Assembly: GCA_965209155.1 (NCBI GenBank)
Contig: OZ242383.1
Span: forward strand, 2,656,001-2,720,000
Length of the DNA: 64,000 nt
Source: a bacterium
GTDB lineage: Bacteria; SAR324; NAC60-12
Direction of reading: 5' to 3'
The position numbers were made by a program, and so were the translations under genes. Shown in pieces: positions 40,065 to 50,530 of this stretch (position 1 is the stretch's first letter; each line of letters begins with the position of its first letter). The notes under the pieces are model-generated. The model saw nothing but the letters and a program-made list of their open reading frames with translations. It did no database searches and was not told where the DNA came from.

Positions 40065-40237
40065 TCGGCAATCTTTAAGACGTCATCCCTTACAATTTTT
40101 CTCTTGCGAAGCCCGTTGCGATCACAGTCAAGGGCCATGCAATATTCCTGCAAAAGTTGGTGTTCCGGAACTTCCGGCAAAAGCCATTCCAAACTATCGG
40201 ATGCGGTCCATTCTTGCCACTGGCCGAACTCCTCTTG
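40061..40237 (-). pseudogene. Possible remnant of a glycogen branching enzyme gene
   Basis: Own translation QEEFGQWQEWTASDSLEWLLPEVPEHQLLQEY resembles the GlgB EFGQWxEW..SLDW segment. Confidence 0.45.
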
Positions 40238-40254
40238 CGGCTATTGGCAGCGTT

Positions 40255-40282
40255 GTCATTCCGGGCGAAGACCCGGAATCCA
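40255..40282. repeat. REP-like palindrome GTCATTCCGGGCGAAGACCCGGAATCCA
   Basis: Inverted repeat related to 16442-16471. Confidence 0.6.
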
Positions 40283-40580
40283 AGGACCGTTTGCCCGCTT
40301 CGATATCCTTTTTCGTGGGAATGAGATAGAGGGTATGTACGGACTTTCGCCGCAGTGTACTGGTTTCCGATATATCTGGTGGTGAGTTTCCTGGCAGAAC
40401 AGTTTGTAATCCGTTGCGTTGGATCGGGGAGCGGCCAACGCGCTGAATTCGACCCCTCAGCGCCGTTGTCATATTTCAAGTTGAAATTTATGGGGAGGTG
40501 GTGTTATCTTCTTTTTCTATATGATCTTTCAATTTCTTTAAAAAGTAAAATTCTTTCACATATTTTTATCAGGAATCCCT

Positions 40581-40973
40581 ATGCCTTTGAACGTACTCCA
40601 CCATTGCTCGATTCGTACGCTTAAGTTGAAAAAAACTCGTGATTTTTTTGTCGACGTATTGGGAATGAAAGACGGGAAGCGCCCCGATTTCAAATTTCCC
40701 GGTCACTGGCTTTACGTAGGAAAAGAACCCGTCATCCATTTGATTGGCCTGGAGCCGAAAGCCCTGAAAAAACGGAAAGACACGAAAGAATGGCAAGGTT
40801 CCGGTGCGGTCGATCACATTGCCTTCAATATCACGGAACCTAAAAAATTGCGTAAGCGTATCAAACGTCATTCTGTTGGATTCGAAGAAAAAACGGTGCC
40901 TGGAACGGGACTGTACCAGATATTCCTGCATGATCCCAACGGCATCAAGGTTGAATTAAATTATTGGGCATAA
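40581..40973 (+). CDS. VOC / glyoxalase family protein
   Basis: LHHCSI, FFVDVLG, RPDFKFPGHWLY, VDHIAF, QIFLHDPNGIKVEL. Confidence 0.9.
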   Translation: MPLNVLHHCSIRTLKLKKTRDFFVDVLGMKDGKRPDFKFPGHWLYVGKEPVIHLIGLEPKALKKRKDTKEWQGSGAVDHIAFNITEPKKLRKRIKRHSVGFEEKTVPGTGLYQIFLHDPNGIKVELNYWA

Positions 40974-40999
40974 CGAAACCATCAACGGAAAACGGGTCA

Positions 41000-42250
41000 A
41001 TGCCGACTCATAGCGCTGAAATACTTTCCCAGGGAGATGAAGTGGTCACCGGGCAGACGGTGGATACGAATGCTGCTTGGATTTCTGAACGTTTGACAGA
41101 ATTGGGATTCATGGTCCTGCGCCACACCGCGGTGGGAGACCGACTTGAAGACATTCGTGACCTGGTCCGCGACGCTGCGGCTCGATCCTCTCTTTGTATC
41201 TGCACGGGAGGCTTGGGTCCTACAGAAGACGATTTAACAGCCCAGGCAGTAGCGGAAGCATTTGACCGACCCTTGCGGCTGGATTCAGTTGCCCTGGAGC
41301 ATATTGCCGGTTTTTTCAAACGGGTGAATCGTCCAATGTCCGTTGTCAATCGCAAGCAGGCCTACCTGCCGGAAGGTGCCATCCGTTTGAACAACCACTG
41401 GGGAACCGCCCCCGGATTCGCCATCGAACAAGGGCATTCCTGGCTGGCTTTTTTACCCGGTGTTCCGCGTGAAATGAAACAAATGGTATCCCATTGCGTG
41501 GAACCATTGCTCTGCAAACTGTTCCACCTCGAGCCCAGCCGATTGATCACCTTCCGTACGGTAGGCGTTGGCGAGTCCACCCTGCAGGAACAGATAGGGC
41601 CCTTCAACCACCCTGTGGTGACGCTCAGCTATCGGACTATGCATCCGGAAAACCAAGTCAAATTGCGATTCCCTGGCGATTTCCCGGACAACGAATTGCA
41701 AACCGTCGTCCAGGATATTGCATCTCGCATTGGAAGTTCTGTTTTTGCTACTGAAGGATTGGACGAACCGGGAGGAAGTCTCGTGGAAGTGGTAGCGAGA
41801 CAGATGCAAAGTCGCCAAGAGCGGATCGCCCTGCTGGAAATCAGCACCGGCGGTCATTTGACAGCAACTTGCAGTGCCTTGAACGGCCAGTCGGACTGGC
41901 TTGCCCGGTCGATAGTTTTGGGACCCCGTGATCCTTTGCATGAATTTGGAGTGCCGGCGCATCTCTTAGGCGAACACGGACCCGTTTCCGCTCCTGTGGC
42001 TTGCGCCTTGGCCCAGTCCATTCGCAAACGCACCGGGGCGACGTATGGTTTGGCAACGACTGGTATTGAAGAAATTGAAAAAAGTGCTGGTGATCGATCC
42101 ACTGGAATTGTGTTTGTAGCGCTTGCCACTCCCAAAAAGACTCATCCACGCCAATTGCTTACTTTTGGTGATCCATCCCGCATCCAACGTATGGGGACTG
42201 CGGAGTCGCTGGACCTGCTGCGTCGTGAATTCGCAAACATGCTGGACTGA
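41000..42250 (+). CDS. cinA: Competence/damage-inducible protein CinA (C-terminal domain degenerate)
   Basis: GDEVVTGQTVDTNA, GGLGPTEDDLT, GTAPG, LPGVPREM. Confidence 0.88.
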   Translation: MPTHSAEILSQGDEVVTGQTVDTNAAWISERLTELGFMVLRHTAVGDRLEDIRDLVRDAAARSSLCICTGGLGPTEDDLTAQAVAEAFDRPLRLDSVALEHIAGFFKRVNRPMSVVNRKQAYLPEGAIRLNNHWGTAPGFAIEQGHSWLAFLPGVPREMKQMVSHCVEPLLCKLFHLEPSRLITFRTVGVGESTLQEQIGPFNHPVVTLSYRTMHPENQVKLRFPGDFPDNELQTVVQDIASRIGSSVFATEGLDEPGGSLVEVVARQMQSRQERIALLEISTGGHLTATCSALNGQSDWLARSIVLGPRDPLHEFGVPAHLLGEHGPVSAPVACALAQSIRKRTGATYGLATTGIEEIEKSAGDRSTGIVFVALATPKKTHPRQLLTFGDPSRIQRMGTAESLDLLRREFANMLD

Positions 42251-42406
42251 ACAAGAACTCCCTTTCGCCAAAGGGCCGTTGGGAGAATACGAAGCTTTGC
42301 GGAAGAGACGCGAAATGACGAGCATGCGACCTGCCAGACTATGGTTTGCTTTTCAGGGCTTGGGTAGTCGCATTTACATTTTTTCGAAACTGAAATCAAA
42401 TCTTTT

Positions 42407-43630
42407 ATGACGAAATCTTCTCCCTCCAATTTTTTTAACAAGCCTGGCAACATCGTAATACAGGTTCTCCCCCTTTTCTTATTATTTTTCCTGGTTTTTA
42501 TGGACCACCTGATGATGGTTCCACTCGGTGCCAGTATTGCTGAAGACGTTGGGCTGGCTCCGGAGCGAAGTGGATATTTGATTGCCATTTATCCTTTGGT
42601 TGCCGCAATTTCCGCATTGGTGACAGCTCCATTTTCAGACCGCTGGGGACGTAAAAAGATGCTGATTATTCTCTCCAGTGGATTTTGCCTCGCAACCTTG
42701 GGTTGCGCGCTTTCGTACAACGTCTTTACCATATTTGCTTTTCGGATCGTCTCTGCCATGTTTGGCGGGCCCATCATGCCCAACGTCCTCGCATTTACCG
42801 GAGACCTTTTTCAAGGAGAGCAACGGACGAAAGCCATGACAACCGTCATGCTCGGGTTTGCGACCTCCTCTATCTTAGGCGTCCCATTTGGCGCCTGGAC
42901 GGGAGATTATTTTTCCTGGAAAGCCCCCTTTTATATTGTTGCCTTGGCTACGATATTTTGCATCTTTGGTATAACTCACATGAGACCAGCGGTCACCGGG
43001 ATCAAACCGGGCAAGATTTTCGTTCAGTATCTCGAACTGTTTCAATTGTGGAACTTGAAAGTAGTAAGGAATCTTTTTTTTGCCCAGTTCTTTATGTTGG
43101 TCGGTCTTTTTGGTTTGATTCCAAATATGGGGGTCTGGCTCACTATGAATTTGGGGATGAGCGCCACCCAGGTCGGTCTTTGTTATATGCAAGGAGGAAT
43201 AGGGGGAGTGATTGGCAATCAGCTATCCGGATTGATGTTGAAAATTTTTTCAAAATCGAATGTCGTGATTTTGGGATCAACGATTATGGGTTTTGTTTTA
43301 TTTCTTTTTACCAACATTCCTTTTCCCGCGATTTTAGCAGGATTGTTCATGGCAGGAATGATGCTGGGAGGCTCCATGAGAATGCCCGCTTTTCAGTTGA
43401 TGCTCACCGAATCGGTCCCCATTTACAAGAGAGGGCGATTGATGTCGATGAGTATGATCGTGGCAAACATTTCCATGGGGATCGGGGGTCTTTGGTCCAC
43501 GCCCCTGCTCACGATTGAAAACGAACGACTGCACGGAATTTCCATTATCGGAATTGTCACTCTTTGCATGATATTAATTGTTGTTCCTCTCATCTATTCT
43601 GTCAGAGAAAGACCGGCTGAGGTCCACTGA
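42407..43630 (+). CDS. MFS transporter
   Basis: FSDRWGRK motif A; ~12 TM. Confidence 0.88.
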   Translation: MTKSSPSNFFNKPGNIVIQVLPLFLLFFLVFMDHLMMVPLGASIAEDVGLAPERSGYLIAIYPLVAAISALVTAPFSDRWGRKKMLIILSSGFCLATLGCALSYNVFTIFAFRIVSAMFGGPIMPNVLAFTGDLFQGEQRTKAMTTVMLGFATSSILGVPFGAWTGDYFSWKAPFYIVALATIFCIFGITHMRPAVTGIKPGKIFVQYLELFQLWNLKVVRNLFFAQFFMLVGLFGLIPNMGVWLTMNLGMSATQVGLCYMQGGIGGVIGNQLSGLMLKIFSKSNVVILGSTIMGFVLFLFTNIPFPAILAGLFMAGMMLGGSMRMPAFQLMLTESVPIYKRGRLMSMSMIVANISMGIGGLWSTPLLTIENERLHGISIIGIVTLCMILIVVPLIYSVRERPAEVH

Positions 43631-43672
43631 GCAAAAAGAGCGAAGCAACACCCCGCTTCGCGCAACGTGGGG

Positions 43673-44536
43673 TCAATAAGCTCTTTTTATGGTCACGCGA
43701 ACATTGAGTTTTTCGGTTTTACCGCCTTTAAAAAATCCCTTGTGAAGCGGAACCTCCGCATAATCTCTGCCCACTGCCGTTTTGATATGCTGAATACCAA
43801 CCATCCTGTTATTCGTGGGGTCAAAACCCAGCCAACCGAGCGTTGGCAGATAACACTCACACCAGGCATGGCTCTCACCAGTCGTGTTGGTTTTCTCGTC
43901 TGCTTTATCTTGATACATATATCCCGACACATATCTCGAAGCAATGCCCCAAAAACGGGCAATCGTGATCATGACATGGGCATAGTCCTGACAAACCCCC
44001 TGCCTGGAAGTCAAAATCTCATCAATGGCCGAATGGGCGTTCGTACTTCCGGGCTTATAAGTGAATACCGAGAAAAGTTTGGCATTGAGACGCTTCAAGC
44101 TGATTAAAGGACCTGAATGTTTTTTGATCTCTTCCTCCAACAAAAATTTTTTTAATGGATCAGACACTCTCGTGAAATATCCGGATTGAAACCAAGGCCA
44201 CATTTGTCCTGATTGCTCAACTTCCTTTAAATTTTCCCAACCGGTGTCACTCGAATTAACCGGAGGGGTATCAGGAGCCGTCACTGTGGTTTGAAACGAG
44301 GAACAAATTTTTAAATTTTGATGATCCCTTAAAATATTAAAAATCTGCTTCGTATTGCCATATTGATCTTTAAATTGGAAAATTTCAGCCCTTGGAGTCA
44401 ACTTCAAATCATACCAATCCAGTCGTTGATGATTGTCCTGCAAAGGCATCATATTCAATACAAGAACATTTTCCCGGATGGGTTGGTTATAGATAAATTC
44501 AGTGGAATGCCGGACAGTATAAGAGCGCTTATTCAT
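43673..44536 (-). CDS. Transglutaminase-like protein
   Basis: GVCQDYAH, RYVSGY, SHAW, GFDPTN, AVGRDY. Confidence 0.92.
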   Translation of the reverse strand: MNKRSYTVRHSTEFIYNQPIRENVLVLNMMPLQDNHQRLDWYDLKLTPRAEIFQFKDQYGNTKQIFNILRDHQNLKICSSFQTTVTAPDTPPVNSSDTGWENLKEVEQSGQMWPWFQSGYFTRVSDPLKKFLLEEEIKKHSGPLISLKRLNAKLFSVFTYKPGSTNAHSAIDEILTSRQGVCQDYAHVMITIARFWGIASRYVSGYMYQDKADEKTNTTGESHAWCECYLPTLGWLGFDPTNNRMVGIQHIKTAVGRDYAEVPLHKGFFKGGKTEKLNVRVTIKRAY

Positions 44537-45510
44537 ACGGACTTTCGCCGCTGCGTACTAGTTTTGATATACACTGCATCAATGGCTTCGGCGGATTGGA
44601 CAGATTCCTGGTAAAGGAGATTTAAAAATTCATTCAGAGGCTGGTCGGAATGGGCATTCTTCAAATTATTTTCTATCTTCTCCAGCGATTGATAAATGGC
44701 CCTGTTGACCTCGCCTTTCTCCTCGATATAAGAAAGAAATTCTTTTATTTTATCATTGCAAAAATTCAGAGAACTGGAAAAACCGGAGGCATACAACAGA
44801 AAGTCTGTCACTTTTCGGAGTGTTAAATCCAGGGAGTGCACTTGACGATAGTTGTCAAAAGCTCCACAGCGAAGCAACAAACCAATCAAATCCTCCTCTT
44901 CCTCTTTTTGGACCCTCGTTATTAAAGAAAGGTGATTTTCAAAAATAGAAGCCGTATTTTGAAATCTTTCCAGGTAACGTCCTATTTGAATAAAAGATAC
45001 GGCCTCATCCTGGTAAAGCGAATCCTGCGCTAATCCGTAAAACAGACCACAGAACTCCTGAATATCTTTATAGAGATCAATAATTTTATCCGACCACAGA
45101 TCTTTTAAACTCAACTTTTTGAGCCGCAAATAAGTTTTATTGATATGAGGCCACATCAAACTGGTCATTTTTTCCTGATTTTGACGGGCGTTTTCTCTTG
45201 CAAATTCCAAGCAACTCAGAATGGAGCCTGGATGATGGGTTTCAAAAGTGAGATAGTCTACCAGAGTGTAAGCATCCGCCAGTAAAAAATCATCAGCAAG
45301 CGGACTCTCTTCTATTTCCTTGGAGAGAAAATCTCCATCCAAACCCGGTATTTTCAAGCTGTCAAAAATACCTTTCCAACCAGCCGCTACGAAATCCGGG
45401 GAATCTTGAGGCATTTCATTGATTTGAACAAGCAGAAGGCGGGAAATGCAGTTGGCTCTTTCTACATATCTCCCCATCCAATAAAAATTGTTTGCCACGC
45501 GAGACAGCAT
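44533..45510 (-). CDS. Alpha-E domain protein (DUF403)
   Basis: MLSRVANNFYWMGRYVERA, ARENAR, IGRYLER (ER motifs). Confidence 0.9.
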   Translation of the reverse strand: MLSRVANNFYWMGRYVERANCISRLLLVQINEMPQDSPDFVAAGWKGIFDSLKIPGLDGDFLSKEIEESPLADDFLLADAYTLVDYLTFETHHPGSILSCLEFARENARQNQEKMTSLMWPHINKTYLRLKKLSLKDLWSDKIIDLYKDIQEFCGLFYGLAQDSLYQDEAVSFIQIGRYLERFQNTASIFENHLSLITRVQKEEEEDLIGLLLRCGAFDNYRQVHSLDLTLRKVTDFLLYASGFSSSLNFCNDKIKEFLSYIEEKGEVNRAIYQSLEKIENNLKNAHSDQPLNEFLNLLYQESVQSAEAIDAVYIKTSTQRRKSV

Positions 45511-45523
45511 AAAAACTCCTTAC

Positions 45524-46990
45524 TCAGGCATCATTCAGAATCCACATGTCTTTCGAACCGCCACCCTGGCTGGAATTGACAATTAAACTTCCTTCTTTCA
45601 AAGCCACGCGGCACAACCCGCCTGGTACGATGTCCGCCTGAAAGTTCCTGGCAAACAAAACAAAAGGCCTTAAATCAACATGGCGTCCCTGGATCTTCCC
45701 CTCTATAAAACAAGGGGAAGTGGACAGGTCCAAAACAGGTTGAGAAATATAATTTTCTGGATTTTTCTTTATTTTCTCTTTGTATTCCTCCATCTGCTTT
45801 TTATCGACCTGAGGTCCAATCAGCAGGCCGTAACCCCCAGACCCTCCAACAGGCTTGACCACCAGGCGATGTAAATTGTCCAGGGTGTAATCCAAACCCT
45901 TTTTCTCACGGCACCTGTGGGTCTCGACATTTTGCAACAGGGGATCCTGCTTCAAGTAATATTTGATAATCTCCGGAACGTAGCTGTAGGTTGCTTTATC
46001 ATCAGCTACCCCCGTTCCCGGGGCATTGGCGATAATCACCGAGCCGGATTTATAGGCGGCGAATAAACCTGGAACTCCCAGTACCGAATCCGGACGAAAA
46101 GTCAGAGGATCTAAAAAGACATCGTCAATTCTCCTGTAAATGATATCCACTTTTTTAAGATCTTTAATGGTTTTCATATAAATGGCGTTGTTATTGAAAA
46201 CCAGGTCCTGACCCTGGACCAGTTCGATTCCCATTTGGCCTGCCAGAAAAGCATGTTCAAAAAATGCGGAATTAAAAACACCAGGTGTCAGGAGAACCAC
46301 GGTGGGGTTTTCCTTTTCCGAAAGACTGCTCAAGGATCTTAAAAGCCGAAGCGCGTAGTCATCGATACGCCTGACATTGCACTTTCTGAATAAGCGGAGA
46401 AAATTTTGCTTCATCACCTGACGGCACATGAGCATATAGGAACTCCCCGAAGGCACTCTCAAGTTATCCTCCAAAACAAAAAAGCCCTCGTTCGTTCGCA
46501 CGATATCCGTTCCGCAAAGATTGACGTAAACATCAAAGGGAACGGCCGTATTTTTCATCTCCTTCAGAAAATGGGGAGACCCGTAAATCAAGTCTTTCGG
46601 CACCACCCCATCTTTTAAAATTTTTTCGTCCGTATATATGTCTTTCAGAAAAAGGTTTAAAGCAATCAACCTTTGATTCAATCCCTTTTCAATAAAGTCC
46701 CAATCCCCCGAATTCATCATTCGGGGAATTATGTCCATTGGAAATATTTTCCCCTCCACTGACTTTGTGCCTTCGTAGACATTGAAGGTGATGCCTTCGT
46801 TAAGAAAAAAACGCTTGCTTAAATTATCGGCCTTTTGAATGTCCTGTGAAGACAACTGATTGAATTCCTGCACAAAATACCGGGAAAAAGGATGAGGCTC
46901 ATCACTCCGTAAAAACATTTCATCATAAAAATCGAGATTTTTATGATATTTATTCAGTAACTGAGATGAAATGTCTTGTCTCTTCAACAT
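45524..46990 (-). CDS. Circularly permuted type-2 ATP-grasp protein
   Basis: VLEDNLRVPSGSSY, LTPGVFNSAFFEH, IYRRIDD, NAPGTGVADDK, NSSQGGGSKD. Confidence 0.93.
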   Translation of the reverse strand: MLKRQDISSQLLNKYHKNLDFYDEMFLRSDEPHPFSRYFVQEFNQLSSQDIQKADNLSKRFFLNEGITFNVYEGTKSVEGKIFPMDIIPRMMNSGDWDFIEKGLNQRLIALNLFLKDIYTDEKILKDGVVPKDLIYGSPHFLKEMKNTAVPFDVYVNLCGTDIVRTNEGFFVLEDNLRVPSGSSYMLMCRQVMKQNFLRLFRKCNVRRIDDYALRLLRSLSSLSEKENPTVVLLTPGVFNSAFFEHAFLAGQMGIELVQGQDLVFNNNAIYMKTIKDLKKVDIIYRRIDDVFLDPLTFRPDSVLGVPGLFAAYKSGSVIIANAPGTGVADDKATYSYVPEIIKYYLKQDPLLQNVETHRCREKKGLDYTLDNLHRLVVKPVGGSGGYGLLIGPQVDKKQMEEYKEKIKKNPENYISQPVLDLSTSPCFIEGKIQGRHVDLRPFVLFARNFQADIVPGGLCRVALKEGSLIVNSSQGGGSKDMWILNDA

Positions 46991-47142
46991 AGGGAAAACA
47001 AATAATTACTGAGGTTTATATTTGCTCTGCTTTTCTAATGAGGTTCCCGGGCATTCGTTCAATGCCCCCTTGTCTTTTCACTTAGTTTTTCAAAGTCATG
47101 ATTGGAAACAAATCCTGGATGGGAACCAATCTGCAAACTTAT

Positions 47143-49662
47143 TTACGACCCGAACAAGTACTTGACAGCCAGGAACACCGTACGTCCCATAGACGAATCC
47201 AGCGTTACGTTCGCACCAGACAGGCCAGGAACGGTGGGGTCGGTGGACGGGCCACGATCCCCGATATTGAGCACACCGCCCGAGAGACTCAAACCTTTTA
47301 CTCCGGAAGGGTCACTCCAGCGCAGTGTGACGTCATGCCCTATCCATGCTTTATACTTAGCAGTTCTACTAACGTTCCGATAGCCGGATCGTCCGTACAC
47401 GCTCCATTTGGCAGAGACATCGCCATGAGTCGCCCGGAGCGAAATATGAGCGCGATCGCGTGGATAATCGCCTGGGTTTTTCACACCTGCCACCCGACTC
47501 TCGAGCCGGGTCACGTGGGACCAACGCGTGTCGAGGATCAAATCCGCCAAGTCGGTTTCCCACCCGGACCGCATTCGCAAGCCGAGACCGGAAACGTCTG
47601 ATTCCCCGCTATTGTACAATGGACTCTCGATTCTCGTGATGAGATCTCCATCTCGTAAAACCTCCGCTCCAGGTGGCAGTTCCCCTTTCGTTTCCAGGTC
47701 GACGATGGATTGCGCAGGCAATTCACGCGGCAAGTCGGAAATCTTGATTTGAAACTGTTCCAGGTCGAAAGAGAAATTTCCCAGGTTCACAGAGGCGCCG
47801 TAGCTGATACTTTCCGCTTCGTCCGGTTTCAGGTCCGAGTTCCCCACGCTCGCGCGTGGCACTTGGTATTCCCTGCAATCGGCACGCGGTCCGACGAAAC
47901 TACTCGTATCGCAAACACGAGGATAATCGAGCGTTTCGAGCTGGTGCAGCGCTCTCAGGCTGGGCGCTCTGGAGCCCTCGCTCCAGGAAGCGCGGAGTGT
48001 GAGGTTGTGGGTCAACCGGAGCCAGCTGGCGATCTTGTGCGAAAACGTCGCGCCGACGTCGTCGTGATCGTCACGGCGTCCGGCCAAGTGGAGGCCTGAA
48101 TCGTTGTGTAACGGGACGGAAACTCCCGCGAAAGCCGACCAACTACGCCGCATACCAGAGGCTGAATTGCCGGCGGACCCAAGTACGTCGTTCGCATCAT
48201 AGGAACGGTTGTCCGCGTCCCGGTAATCATAGACGTCTCGCCAGTCCAAGTTTGCGATTTCGGCTCCCATCGTCCACCTCGAGTCGCCGCCTCCAAGGGA
48301 AAATGCCGTGCCATTCAGGGTTGCGCGGGCGGTCTTGTAATCCGTGACATAATCACGAGTCAACCGCAGTCCGGTTTCCTGCACGGTCGACAGGTGCGTG
48401 GGGTCTGTGGAGAGCGGATTCTCGATGTTGTAACGACCCTCTATGATGGCACTCCGGATTGCGCTCTCACTCACGAAGGTAGCCCCGCTTTCGACTGCGT
48501 TATAACGATACGACTGGAAATGAGTATCATAGCCAATGCTTTCGGTGAATCGTCCACGAAGGCCGAGAGTGAGATCATATTCTTCAAAATCCCAACGCCA
48601 ATCGCGATTGCCGTGGCGAACGAAACGATGGGCCGCATTGAGAATTTCCGGAATGGATTCAATCCCGGGATCCTGAAGCAGTTTTTCTTTGAGTGTCTCC
48701 GAGGGAGTGAAAATGAAGGTACCGACGGAAGGAGCATATCGAAACGCGGTTTCACCTTGCGCGATGCGAACGTCGGTATACAAGCTTGCGTCGTCATCAA
48801 GCGGGTGATCGAGGTTGAAATAGAAGCTATCTCGTTCAAAACGCTGCCGGTGCCACGAAATATCCGCGTAGGCGAAGCCGCATCCGGTACCAGAGAGGTT
48901 GTAGGGGTTGCTGAGTACGCCCGTGTAGGCGCTTCCCTTGCAGTCTCCGAGGGGACGCGCGACCGAACCTTCAGTTCCGCGAATGAAAACGGTGTTACCG
49001 CCTACTGAAACATTGGCCACATCGGCAAATGATCCACCCTGCCTCCAAAACGCGCGGCTGTAGTCCCGATCAATATCGCGAATCTCTTGTCGCCGGAAAG
49101 CGTCCACTCCCATGGTCACATGCCCGCTTCCGAACGTTCCTCCCCATAAGGCGCTCCCGTGTTCGGAGTCGCCACCCTCCCGCTTCGGTCTAGTTGCGCT
49201 TCCCTGGAATTCGGCTCCTTCGTAGTCACTTCTGAGAACAATGTTGACCGATCCACCGATCGCGTACCCACCATACAGGGCGACGGCGCTGTCGCTGAAA
49301 ATCTCGATGCGCTCGACTGCCGATATTGGAATGGATCCCAGCGCGTAGGACCCCGGGCGACCATTAACGAGAATTGCGACGCGACCGATTCCCAGAACGA
49401 ATGGCCGGTAGAGACCAAAATTGTTGTAGCCCATCCGTTCCAACAGCAGTTCCTCGACATTTCTCATGCCGGACAGTTCGATATCAATCCGGTCGATCAC
49501 GCTGATCGGGGTTGCGTCGTTTATTGCAGCCGGAATGTGACTCGCCACCGAGGGAGCGTTCTCGGCTGACTCCTCTTGCGCCATCGCGAACGATGTCGTC
49601 AAAACTATCATCACCACAATGGTTGACTCAAATATTCTATTGATACGGATTCGATTAATCAT
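47143..49662 (-). CDS. TonB-dependent outer-membrane receptor
   Basis: Signal peptide; plug (PISVIDR, ILVNGR, IPISAVERIEI, ALYG, IGGSVNIV); RAPSL; GNSDLKPDEA; AAGGAG RBS. Confidence 0.85.
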   Translation of the reverse strand: MINRIRINRIFESTIVVMIVLTTSFAMAQEESAENAPSVASHIPAAINDATPISVIDRIDIELSGMRNVEELLLERMGYNNFGLYRPFVLGIGRVAILVNGRPGSYALGSIPISAVERIEIFSDSAVALYGGYAIGGSVNIVLRSDYEGAEFQGSATRPKREGGDSEHGSALWGGTFGSGHVTMGVDAFRRQEIRDIDRDYSRAFWRQGGSFADVANVSVGGNTVFIRGTEGSVARPLGDCKGSAYTGVLSNPYNLSGTGCGFAYADISWHRQRFERDSFYFNLDHPLDDDASLYTDVRIAQGETAFRYAPSVGTFIFTPSETLKEKLLQDPGIESIPEILNAAHRFVRHGNRDWRWDFEEYDLTLGLRGRFTESIGYDTHFQSYRYNAVESGATFVSESAIRSAIIEGRYNIENPLSTDPTHLSTVQETGLRLTRDYVTDYKTARATLNGTAFSLGGGDSRWTMGAEIANLDWRDVYDYRDADNRSYDANDVLGSAGNSASGMRRSWSAFAGVSVPLHNDSGLHLAGRRDDHDDVGATFSHKIASWLRLTHNLTLRASWSEGSRAPSLRALHQLETLDYPRVCDTSSFVGPRADCREYQVPRASVGNSDLKPDEAESISYGASVNLGNFSFDLEQFQIKISDLPRELPAQSIVDLETKGELPPGAEVLRDGDLITRIESPLYNSGESDVSGLGLRMRSGWETDLADLILDTRWSHVTRLESRVAGVKNPGDYPRDRAHISLRATHGDVSAKWSVYGRSGYRNVSRTAKYKAWIGHDVTLRWSDPSGVKGLSLSGGVLNIGDRGPSTDPTVPGLSGANVTLDSSMGRTVFLAVKYLFGS

Positions 49663-49789
49663 CGTAAATCTCCTTTTTCGCATGTCTAAGAAGCAAGAAT
49701 CCCGGATTGTGTCAAATAAAATAGCAGAAATCATATAAAACTTAAATTGGCAGAATCCGCATTGAGTTCACATCGCCAATTGCTCCTTA

Positions 49790-50509
49790 TTACTTGCTCC
49801 ATTTTGCAAGAAATCGCTCCACTTCTTGTTTGGCAGCAGGTTGATGCTCAGGCTCCCGCCAAAATTCAATGAGGGACGCATTGGGTGCCAAAGAGGCGAT
49901 TTCTTTGGATATTTCCGCAGGATGGAATTCGTCGTTGCCCTGCAGGACGAGCATTGGGGTTTCACACTGTGAGACGAATTCACGGGAGACGTTGAAGAGA
50001 AATTCCCCCTGAAACATCGATTTTTTAAAAGCATCCCAAACAGTTTCACTTACCTCGGGACGTCTTGGTTTCAATTCCTCCGCCCAACTGTCGAACAGCC
50101 CGAAAAAGACGTTGCGGTTGTTATGGAAGCCGATCGACTGAAATATAACGAAAGATGCCACCCTTTGAGGAACCACCTGGATAAGTCCCATACCGTAAGG
50201 ACCGCCAATGCACATCCCCACCACATGGAATCGGTCTACTCCAAGATAATCCAATAAGGCGAGTTGATCTTCCCTGTAGACATGCCAGCCATCACTTGCT
50301 CGAATAGGTGCAGAAGATTGGCCGGCATTTCGTTGGTCCATAGCAATGATGCGATAGCTGGAGGCGAGTTGTTCGATGGGATTCCAGTCTTGCTCTTTCC
50401 ACATGGGTATCGAGGAGCGCATCCCTCCGGGAGCAATGAACAAAATCGGAAAACCCGAACCATGATCTTCATAGTAGATTTGAATGTCGTCGCGTTCAAA
50501 TACTGGCAT
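49790..50509 (-). CDS. Alpha/beta hydrolase (GMCIGG nucleophile elbow)
   Basis: IAMDQRNAGQS, VVGMCIGG, GNDEFHP. Confidence 0.85.
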   Translation of the reverse strand: MPVFERDDIQIYYEDHGSGFPILFIAPGGMRSSIPMWKEQDWNPIEQLASSYRIIAMDQRNAGQSSAPIRASDGWHVYREDQLALLDYLGVDRFHVVGMCIGGPYGMGLIQVVPQRVASFVIFQSIGFHNNRNVFFGLFDSWAEELKPRRPEVSETVWDAFKKSMFQGEFLFNVSREFVSQCETPMLVLQGNDEFHPAEISKEIASLAPNASLIEFWREPEHQPAAKQEVERFLAKWSK

Positions 50510-50530
50510 GGTTGAACCTTTCTATATATT

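Noticed and set aside
40436..40466. tRNA or tmRNA suggested by TTCGACCCC
   Set aside because: It is a simple hairpin loop; no cloverleaf or acceptor end could be built
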